Origin: Paragordius varius
Taxonomy: Eukaryota; Animalia; Nematomorpha
Assembly (NCBI GenBank): GCA_964247055.1
Contig: OZ176052.1
Span: 3,534,001-3,598,000 of the forward strand
Length of the DNA: 64,000 bases
Direction: 5' to 3'
The position numbers and the translations under genes are program-made. Numbering within the stretch: the stretch's first letter is position 1; the number at the start of each line of letters is the position of its first letter. Positions 1-10,664 of this stretch are shown in pieces. Below the pieces are notes generated by a model. That model worked only from the letters and a program-made list of their open reading frames with translations. It searched no databases and was not told the DNA's origin.

Positions 1-213
1 TATAACTTATCATTGTGATATATTTTGTCGCATAGTCTTATTTTTTTTTGTTTTATGTTAATTTTAAACAATTTTTTTTAATAATATTAAAAATATAGGT
101 ATCTTTTGACATTTAATCACACATAATTCATTTTAGGATGTTCAGGGATGAATTGAATTGTTCAGGGAATTTGAGATGTAAATGGATATAATTCATACAC
201 TTTAAATAATTAG

Positions 214-3200
214 GCCATAATGCCGATGATATGGCTGAAACTGTACTTATGAATATTTTAAGAGGTGATTATAATCGAATGATGCGTTGTACATCCACTA
301 TAACAGACAATACACTCATGGATCAAAATACAAATCCAAACGCTACCGATAGCCAAGTTTTTATTTTAATTTAATATCTTGCGATATTTTTTAGTTATGA
401 AACACCACCTCGTTTTAAAGGGTTTTATGAAATATATTCCTATTTTTTTTCTGATATATATATATATATATAAATTTATCACTTGTGCATTGTAAAAGCT
501 TAGATCGTTGGCGCTTTTTTTGTAAAAAATCCTACTCCATTTGATTATTTAATTAATAATAGTTTTTGCGATTCCATATATTGGTATAGCAAAATTTTAT
601 TATAACTATATTAGTCTCATTATTTAGGTCTAATGTGGTGTGTTAATGTATCTAAAAAAAGTTTGTATAAGTTTTTTGTCTTTCTAAACACTAGTATTGT
701 CTGCAACACTCATATAAATTTTTAATTGTGTTCCCATTACACGTATCGGATATTTTAAATTTAATAGTGGGTTCAAAAAATTATTAAGGAGGATTGGACT
801 ATTTAAAACCTATTTTAGATAAAGCCTTGGATAGAGCAAGCGCCATCATTTATAAAATATCAAAAATTGATCAAGCAGCTCTCTGAAACCGTAAATAAAT
901 TATAATTATTTGTTTGTATGAATGCGTTATTGGATGGATCTCTGTTGTCAAGGGGTTCCTTGGCATCCCGTCGTGACGGGGTTTAGGTGTTTGATCATTG
1001 CATTGAAGGATTTTTTGTTTAACCAGTCCCCGGCTTTTATGTTTTTGGACTGTAGGTCTTGGGTAATGTTTTTGTCCCATGTTATTGCTGGACGACCAAC
1101 TCTGTTTTGTTTGTTTGGCTTAAGGTTTGTTATATTTTTAATCCAATTATCGTTATCTAATCTTTGAATGTGACCGTAATAGCCAAGTCTACGGATTTGA
1201 ATATATTTTGAGATGGGTAGGATTTGTTTATCATGAGAGATTGTTCGCTTAAATGTATTTATCATTCTTTGTTCCATATTATCCAGCATATTTTCCTGTG
1301 TTTTACTTATTTGCCATGTTTCGCAAGCATAGGTTATAGTGGGTCTAACGCCAATTAGGTATATTTTGTTTTTTGTTTTTGTAGATATGTGTTTATTGGT
1401 AAATATGTATTTATATTGGTTGTATCTACCCCAACCAATTCTTATGCGATTTTTGATGGCTTCAGATGAACCTCCTTGAGCGGAAATGGTATCACCAAGG
1501 TAGGTAAACTTTTGTACTTTTTGAATTTCGCTGTCACCTATTTTAAGGTAGGTTTCAGCTTCTATGGGTGGAATATATTGTTTGGATAGAGTACATGGGG
1601 GGCATATATAATTATTATTATTTTTTAAAGTTCCATTTAATCCCGAACATGGTTTGTGTAACCAGTATTGACACTTAGTGCATTGGATGGAGTTTAGACC
1701 TACATTTTTTAGGCATGCGCGGCATGGGTATTTGATTTGATTGGTTTTTTTGTCGCCTGTTATCATAACCTTAGTTTTTTGAATGTTGATTGTGAGACCA
1801 TGTCGCTCAAGGCAGGTTTTCCAGAGTTTGAACTTTTGGCTGAGCTCGTTTAGATTTTCTGACGTTAACAATAAATCATCAGCGTAGATGAGCTCCCAAG
1901 GAAGACCAGTACGGATCTCATCACTGATGGTGTCTATTATTATGGTGAATAGAAGGGGGCTAAGCACAGAACCTTGGTGTAGTCCTGTTGTGATGTGGAA
2001 TGGAATTGTGTACCCGAAATGTGTGTTAACACAGGTTTTACTGTTATCATATAATAACTTTATTGCATCTATGATCCATTTGTCTACTCCTTTTTTTGAA
2101 GACACCAGAAAATGAGCGTTCGAGGGATTTTATCGAACGCTTTCTCCATGTCAATAAATAGATGGTATAATTGGCTTCCTTTAGAAAGATAGTTTTCTTG
2201 AAGGCGCCTTAATATAAATATGGGGTCTGTTGTGCTGCAGCCTTGACGGAAGGCAAACTGCATGTTGTCAATATTAACTATGTCCCTTATTTTCTGAGCT
2301 AAAATTGATTCAAAAACTTTCATAGTATGTTCTAGTAATTTAATTGGACGATATGACGCGCAATTAAGTTTATTTCCTTTATTTTTGTAGATTGGAATGG
2401 TTAAACTATTTTGCCAATCGGATGGGATCGTATTCTCGATTATTATTTTGTTGAAAAGGGTTGTTAAAATGGGACTCTTAAACTTTATACTTTTCAATAA
2501 GTCAGCTGAGAGTTCAGACGGTCCTGCCGCTTTATTGTTTTTCATTTTTTTTAATGCGTTTTCTATGTCGATTTCATTAATGAGTGGTGTGGGGAAAAGT
2601 CACACATCGAAAAAATTTGAATTGTTTAAAAAATGGAAAAAATCAGGCCTCGATAAAGATAAGTTAGCTTATTTAAATCATAAAAAATATGTCAATAAGT
2701 TGATTGATGCCCAAAAGAACAAGAGGAGCAGAGAAATAGCTGATGAAATTGAAAGAGATACATCCAATTCGAGAATATTTAGAAAAGTAAAAAATAGAAT
2801 ACGAAATAAGCAAGATATACCAACCAATAAATATATTAATGATAAAGACGGTACAACTATGACCAAACCTGAAGACGTGAAACTAACTTGGCTTGAATAT
2901 ATGAAGGGAGTTTTAAATGAATCAAATCACGTCGACGAATGCGTTATTATTGTAATTAAATATACCTTTTGGTTCACCCGCCATAACCACGTTGTAGGAT
3001 TGTTACTGATTTCTCATTAATGGTAGATGTTTGAATAATATTTGAAATTTAAAAAATATGCTTTCTTTAGCCTTTTAGGCGCATTATACAATTTTTTTTA
3101 AAAAATTAATGTAACATTGTAAAAAATCTTCATAAACTTTTTTGCCGCCATTTTTTTCTATAATTTTATATCGATGCAACAGGCAGATAAATGTTTTATG

Positions 3201-4298
3201 GTGAGAATATGTAAATAATTAATTTCTATAGCTTTCAGGCTACATTTTAACATCGAATACTTGGTATATTTGATTTTAATATCAGCCGTTTGTTTCAATC
3301 GTGTTTTGGAGTCCCAATTTTAGATTCTGGAAATCAAAAAACTATGAAAAAATATAAGCTTTTTTTCTCCAATCCATGAGAACATTGTTGAGTAATTAAA
3401 TTTTAACTAAAATATCTTTCAAAACTGTAGTTTATTTACAAAGAGCTACACCTCAAAACGTAAACTAGGACAAAAAGTGAAAAGGTAATGAAGTGTTTAA
3501 AATAACTGTCTTCGGTTATCTGAATAATACACTTAATTGTAAATAAATTGTTGCAATGCACAAACAGTTGTCCATGCTCATAAATATTTGCAATATATTT
3601 CCGAATTAAACCATATATTATGTAATTTGTTTTTATAGGTGGACAATCATCCCTCTAATACCATAAATAAGCATGATAAAAACAATAATATTAATAGCAA
3701 TACCATTAATCATTGTACCTGCAGAGCAGCGAAAAAGAGCTTAGATAGAATCAATGCTAATGAATCTTCTTGTCACAATCAAATATCAACAACAGAAAAT
3801 GGAAATTGTTCATCTACCGTCAATGATGATGACTATTATATATTACCTCGGTGTAAACCGCTCAAATATTGTTATCAAAAAGAAATTGTTATGTATGCTC
3901 ATTTTAAGCGTTTAACCTATTTTGCTACCGAGTGCACATATGCACCAAATTCTTTCCGGGGTCATGTTCGAAACCTTTTGAAAAGGTTAGAGAGAGCATC
4001 CCCTCAATCCATACTCAATATAATTAAGAGTGGTGAAGAGATATCCAAACCATCAACTATGCCAATAAACTCTGTAGACCATAATAATAACAATAATAAA
4101 ATGACAAATAAAAATGATAAAATATCATTATCGCATAACTCTAAAAGTCAACCCTCGTTACAAAAATGTATAAAATGTTCTTACCTATCTAGCCAAAGTG
4201 TGTGTAAAGCATGTTTGCTACTGGAGGGCCTCAATAAAGGGATGCCTTTACTTGGTATCGGTAAAACAGAAAAAATTCGAAGGAATCACCTGGAATAA
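214..4298 (+). CDS. CTU1: Cytoplasmic tRNA 2-thiolation protein 1 (CTU1/Ncs6), 3' part; exons 214-356 and 3639-4298; upstream exons not resolved
   Basis: Exon 214-356 reads (G)[27 protein letters not shown], the TtcA/Ctu1 GHNADD motif. It joins in phase 0 (caa|gt...ag|gtg) to 3639-4298, which contains [49 protein letters not shown] and the C-terminal CxxC...[11 protein letters not shown] zinc site. An AATAAA follows near 4385. Confidence 0.95.
932..2936 (-). mobile_element. RTE-clade non-LTR retrotransposon, 5'-truncated with an inverted 5' segment, in a CTU1 intron
   Basis: Minus-strand RT ORFs 2084-2545 and 948-2105 contain [40 protein letters not shown] and YADD, plus an RTE-type C-terminus (YACETW...[10 protein letters not shown]...RVGRP..TW). 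One frameshift lies in the T7 run at ~2091-2097. A 12-bp direct repeat GAATGCGTTATT flanks the element at 920-931 and 2937-2948. The 3' end has a short (ATCC)2 tail. Confidence 0.93.
3050..3500. repeat. Dispersed AT-rich repeat, also at ~63500-63900 and inverted at ~61070-61260
   Basis: Shared blocks such as ttttaatatcagc(c/t)gttt, gccgccatttttt and ctttcaaaactgtagttta recur at these loci. Confidence 0.55.
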
Positions 4299-5292
4299 CA
4301 ATTATGTTATGTAATTAAAATTTGTGATTAGATTGTAAATAACAACATAAATTGTAATTGTAAATAATAACACGTAATGTATGCAATAAATATTTTATGT
4401 ACCTTTTTAGGTGTTTTTATATTAGGGTTATTTTCTATGTTTCTGATATTTTTGAAAATCGATACTATTTACGTGATTAAATAAACTTTAATTAAAAACG
4501 GTATTGTAACGTATTAGAAAACTATTTTCGATTTACAGTAAACGATTCTGACAATGTATCAGGAATCTTTTGATGCCTTTGTTTTAGGGTCTTACAAGTC
4601 ATTTTTCGCTTATATAGTTATTCTTCATATTAAAAAATCGCATTTTAACGCTATAATCATTATTTTTTTAGTGGAAGCTTAATGCTTTATTCCAAAAACT
4701 ATTTTATCAAAATATACCATAAACGATTTAAATAATTATTTTTGAAAAAATTATAGTCTTTAAAATTAAATTTTTGGCATTTTCTTGACACAATACTGTA
4801 TATATTGAAACTGATGGAAACAGTATAAAACACTTTCTCTTTACAAAAACAGTTATCTACATAATTTAATAATGCTGAATAATTACCAAAGATATCATCG
4901 TATTTTAAAGAATCCTCACCTTAAATTAAAGTTAATACAAAGTATATTTTTAACCAAAAATCTACTAACCTTCGCCGATTTTGTGGTCCAGTAAGCATAT
5001 GGTAATACTGAATTTATTACCCTAAAAAGTAAACTGAGCTATGTGAAAAAATTGTTATATTTTTTCGCATATAAATTGAATGTCTTGTATATCACAAAAA
5101 CAGTGTATTTAAATGCTAATAATTGTTTTATTCATTTACGGAATATTTTTTGGGATATGGCATATTTTATAGATAATTGTACTTTTTTTTATAAAAGCGT
5201 TGCAGTGCATATGATTAACTATTTGTATCTTTATACAAAAAATTGTATTTAAATTTTTGCAATAAGAAATATTTCCTTTTGTGCAATGACTT

Positions 5293-5610
5293 TAGACAAG
5301 GGGGTCCAACACACGACCCCCATGCTGCCCTTTGAAAACTTTTGTGCGGTCCACGAAAAATTTAATAAATATAAAATTTATAATTAGTGTTTCCATAAAA
5401 TAATCATAGTAAATTCTCGAACAAATTACGAAGGAGTCTTCAAAATTATGGCAACGAACTAGCTTAAATTGGTGAAATAAAAAGCCCATATTCTGTTGGC
5501 AATTTTTTTACAGTTTTGTGTGTTGAATTTAAAAAAAATTTTAATGATCTTCTTTTGAATGCGGCCTGCCTTGAATCGTAGTTTCACATGCTTATATTAT
5601 ACCCTGTATA
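5293..5610. mobile_element. hAT-like MITE remnant
   Basis: It carries the aagggggtccaacac...tgcggtcc...aatgcggcc...ccctg motif set shared with the copies at 38294-38623 and 39345-39558. Confidence 0.45.
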
Positions 5611-6619
5611 TATTATTAAGCTATTTGTTTGATCATTCAATGGTTACTAAAGTTATATATTACCCTTTTTTTCTTATTTTTACAGTGTGCACATTAATGT
5701 TGTCCGATTCGCAATATTTTTGGCCAATTACAGTATGCATTTTAATGGTTGTTTATTTCATACCAATTCCCAACACAGTAGTGTATGGAAAAAAGAAAGA
5801 AAATTGTTTATTCTATATTTTGTTGTTTTTTCCATACACTACTGTGTTGCGAATTGGTATGAAATAAGCAACCATTAAAATGCATACTGTATCACAGTAG
5901 CATAAAAAAATGGCTCAAATTACAATTTTTTATCTTGCAACATTATTGTACATTTAATTATGGACAAAATGTGTTTCATGCTATACTATATTTCCAACAC
6001 TAATGAGAAATGACCAACAAAATTCATACTGTATCACAGTAACATCATTTTACGTTTGTCAAAGCAATAAAATGCTTAATAAATTTAAAATATGTATTTT
6101 TATATTGTAAAGGTAAATGACGGATTGATATTGTTTTGGAATAACAGTTGTTAAATCCGTAAAATAATGATAAACGAAAATTAAATTGAAAATTAGCTGA
6201 AAATTGTATTTCTCAACTAAAATTATAAATGATATGTGGAATAGTAATCGCAGACCAGTTTCGTGCTTGTTAGCACTCATCAGTACGACACAACTATTTG
6301 AATTGGGTTTTCACATATCAATTTCGTATATATATATCCAACATTGCAGCTTTTGGTATAAATGCAGTCAATTATACGAATTTAAATTAAATTTAATTGA
6401 CATTTATGAAAATTAAACTGAAAATTTTATTGACGAAAGGTTTCACAGATTGTTTATAATTTCAATATTTTCAGTTCTTATTTAATTATCGTTTACCATT
6501 ATTTGACGGAGTTTATTTTTATATTGCGTTTGTTTTTTGATCATTTTGTATTTTTTGCCTTAGCAAATCTAATTTGATGTACAGTTAGAATATATGAATG
6601 TTTTAGAATAATATATGTG

Positions 6620-7130
6620 CTATTCAGGGGAGATTGCGACAGATTGGTGTCAAGGCTTTTTAAATAACAACGAATCGTTGGAGTTCAAATCATGATTGGC
6701 AATTCTTTTCTATGGATATATTCAGATTCAAGATCATGTTTTCATCCTGTTATTTCTTAAAGAAGTATATTTCTGTGATAGAGAGCTTAAGTTAAAATAT
6801 TTAATAAAAGGATAAGTTTGGGTTATTGTGCGGTAGTCCTTAATTTTGCTGGCCAAATGTTGCGTCGTTCAAATTCTTTTGAAATTATGTAATCTATTGT
6901 GAGTAAGGTAGAGACATTAAAAATCTTTTACTTTGTCGGATTGAATAAAGCGCATTCAATCTTTTAGGATTATTCCTGTTTTCTCCGTGCAGATTTTGTG
7001 CAAATAATCTTGCCAGAATTAAAATGCTTCTTTCTTTAGAATATAAAGGTTTTCTATGAAGTCTTAATAAAATTGTTTTTGAATGGTTCGATGTTTTAAT
7101 GTAAGTTTAGATTGTTTCTGCTTAAATTAT
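6620..7130 (-). pseudogene. Possible highly degraded Penelope-like retroelement remnant
   Basis: The minus-strand translation gives interrupted fragments (SNHSKTILLRLHRK...LFAQNLHG; MSLPYSQ..DYIISKEFERRNI) that loosely resemble the SNHP...NGY...LPY region of Penelope RT C-termini. There are many stops. Confidence 0.25.
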
Positions 7131-7585
7131 TATTATCATAAATCTCTTTGTGATGCTTTGCAATTTATAGTTAAACTTTATAATTTATCCTTATACTTTT
7201 TCCTTATTTCTTAATAAATTTATTACCTTTCTGTCAGAGGTGATTTTTTCGTTCCAGCAGCGGGCTTAAAAGTCAATGTTTTACGGTATAAAAATTCGAT
7301 CATATATGAGAGATTAGTTTGTTGTGTGATATTGTGATATTCCTACAATTTGGCATAGTCTTATTTTTAACACATTATGTCAGCACATTATTGTGATATA
7401 TAAAAAATTGGCACTTGTTCCTATGATGCTATTTTTATGTTTTGAACCTAACCTTCCGAGTTTATTATAATTTAATCAGGATGAAAGTCCTGTGGGGTGG
7501 AATACAAATATAAACAGATATTATGTTTTCTTATATAGCTGATTTTTGAGATATAAAAACCAATTTCTGACAGTGTTTTGCGTTA

Positions 7586-9655
7586 TCTAGATATTTATAA
7601 AAATGGAAAATGCTGGCTTTGTGATCTGTTTCCGGAAAACCGGTAGACCCATTCAAATCCAAATGTCGAAAAAATATAATCATTAATGAATGTCCCGACA
7701 ATAGCTGCGTCCTTTTTTTGAATTAGGCCCCCAGTTCGGGCCTACCCCGTGTAAAAAACGGTTTTTTTTGAAAACAGCAGTCCACAAAAATCGTGCCTTT
7801 GAGACAGTTTTCCGGAAAATGTGTTGGACCATTCGATTTCAAATATGATTATTTTTATTTTTTTTCGATTACGCCGAACCTAGTCAGCTTACTTTTTTAA
7901 TTTAGGCTTTTTACCCTTCCCCCCGTAAAATGCCATTTTTTAAAAAATTAAGTCCACAAAAATAATTTTCTTTATCTATTTTTCGCCCAAGGTATGAGAC
8001 TGTAAAAATCAATAAAAATTTCAGGTATTCCCTGTTAAAATGCAAAATTAATCATGCGTTTCTTTTATATTGGCTGGGTAAGGAGATGCCCGCTAAAAAC
8101 TGACCCGTCATATCGAAATGGCGTGCCTTTGGGGCTAAATTTCAGAAAATCTATCACTCCATATAAGTTCCAGCTGCTTAAAGTATTACCCGTAACAAGG
8201 CAAAAATTTAGGTCGTATGTTTTTTAAAAATAGCCGTTAATTAAGTCCTTTACGCCCTGAAAAATGCGCCACCATAGAATGATTTTTTAATTTTATGGCA
8301 ATTTTTCCAAAAACTAATGAGAGCATATGGAATCAATCATGATTTCAGGTATTCTCCGTAAAAAGGAAATTAATCAGGCGCCTTTTTTGTACCAGCCTCT
8401 GGGTGGTACCTGCTAAAACTGCGCAACCATATCGAAATTGCCTGTTTAGGAGTTAATTTTTGAACTTACACGAAAAAAGGCAAAAATTTAAGTCGAGGTT
8501 TTTTAAATTAGCCGTTAATCAGACCCTTTACGCCCTAAAAAATGCGCTATTATTGAACTATTATTTAGTTTTGAAGCCATTCTTCCAAAAACTATTAAGA
8601 ACATATGGAATGAATGATGATTCCAAGCATTTTCCTCCTAAAGGCAAAATTTTTTATCGGAAGTCTTTTTTATATTGGCCTCTGGGTAGGGGGCTACCCG
8701 CCTACAACTGCGCCACTGTATCGATATAGCGTGACTTTGGGGGCAAATTTTAGAAAACTCATCAGGCCATATGAGTTTATTAAGGGCTTGAAATATTACC
8801 CGTAAAAAAGGCAAAAATTTAAGTAGAGCGGTTTTATACAATTACCCCTTAATTAGGCCCTTGTCTAGAAAAATGCGCCACCATAGAATAATATCCCACG
8901 AGAGCATATGGAATCAATCATGATTTTAGGTATTAACCAAATTAAGGCAAAATTTTAATCGAGCGTTTTTTTGTTCCCTGCTTAAGGAGCTACCCGCTAA
9001 AAACTGCGCCACTATATAGAAATTGCGTTTTGGAGCTAATTTACAGTGAAATATTACCCTAACTAGGTAAAAATTAAGGTCAGGCGTTTTTTTATAGCCG
9101 TTAATTTGGGGCCTTAAAAATACGCTATCATAGAACGATTATATATTGTTGAGGTAATTTTTCGAATTACCCATGAGATGATGGTATCAAAGATGATCCA
9201 AATATTTGTCCCATAAAGGCAAAAATTTAACTCAGCGCTTTTTTATATAGGTTTATGGGTAGGGTTCTATCGGTTTAAAACTGAGACGCCATACAAAAAT
9301 AGCGCGGTTTTGGAGCTAATTTTAAAAAACATAAGAAGCCATACGGGTTCAATAACGGCTTTAAATAATACCCATAAAGAGGTAAAAATTAAAGTATAGC
9401 TATTTTTTCCGTTAGCCGTCAATTTGGGGCATTCACAACAGTAAATAATATATTAGTATGAATGCACAGATTTATAAATTCTCTGAAGCACCGTTCTGAA
9501 AATTCTATGAGATCATAACTATTAAATATTAAATAATTTTTCGAAATAATTCACATATATCACAATTTTGTTGATCCCTTTAATAATACCCCCCCCCCCT
9601 CCCCAAGAAATCAGAAGGATTTCTACGGGCTGCCGCAACTCGAGATTCACGCTAG
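7586..9655 (+). mobile_element. Non-autonomous Helitron with an internal tandem array
   Basis: It starts a|TCtagatatttataaaaatggaaaatgctggc and ends cgggctgccgcaactcgagattcacgCTAG|t. This gives the Helitron 5'-TC and 3'-CTAG termini, a subterminal GC hairpin, an A|T insertion site and no TSD. About five degenerate ~300-bp repeat units lie at ~8065-9420. Confidence 0.8.
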
Positions 9656-10664
9656 TATTTAAATAATTTGTAATTATTAATCTCTAAAATTTAAACAACA
9701 AGGAAATTTTGTCTGATGAATAATAAAATGATAACGAAGTTGAGAACGGTAAAATAAATTTTGGGATATGCCTTACTTTCCTCCCAATATTATAAAAACA
9801 AACCAGGTTTTATTTTCATTTTCGGAAGATTTCATCTGGTTTGAATATGAAATATTTTACAACTACCCCGTTCAGTTTCTGTTTTTTAAAAATATTTCAG
9901 GGTTAAGGGCAATATCGAACAAAGCTAAAATAGGACGAGGTATTTAACTCTTTGGTATTAAACGGGTTAAACAAGAAATTTTATTTTATTTTTGCATTCG
10001 GTTATTAAATAACCAGAATATTTAATATACTTATTTCCCTATTCTTTTATATTTTTTTCTCTTAGTAGTGTGCTTATAATAATTTTTAAGTTATATGGAT
10101 TAATGGGGCCTTATAAATTATTTCTGAGTTATTTGGATGAATTAAGACTTGAGGCCGTGTTAGCTATTTTAAGATATAAATTTTTATAGTAAGACAATTG
10201 TATTAACTAAGAGTTTTGGAACTTTCCTATATAAGTTTCTGTAAATATACAAATTATTATTTTATGAGTTTTTCGAAAAATGAGTTGATAATCACTTCCG
10301 GTTTTAACATTGGCATGGCCAATCTTTGGGTGCACTTCACAATAACTCTGTTTTCCCAAACTTTTAGAAATTCCATATTATCAATATTTGTTAATAATTA
10401 ACTATCTATCAAGTCTCAAATATTTAAGAATAATATAAAAGAAAAGAATTATTTTTATATATTCAATACTTCATTGCTATATAATAATGATGAAAAATAA
10501 ACCCTTTCATATAAATAAACCAACCATTATACATATAAATATTTGCCACACATTCACTACCTATATTTTTATATATACGCACAAACAAAGCAAGCCTATC
10601 GTTTTTGCTCCGTAAAAATTGTCCCTCGTGGATCTAAAAAGCGTATCTCTATTTTCGCGCGCTA

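Noticed and set aside
136-178. Possible CTU1 exon (MFRDELNCSGNLR) before a 35-nt intron
   Set aside because: The join would give C-HNADD instead of the conserved TGHNADD, and the peptide does not resemble the expected RRQALDRGA region.
871-2866. ORFs 871-1080, 922-1167, 1888-2115 and 2678-2866
   Set aside because: These are alternate-frame or antisense shadows of the RTE element.
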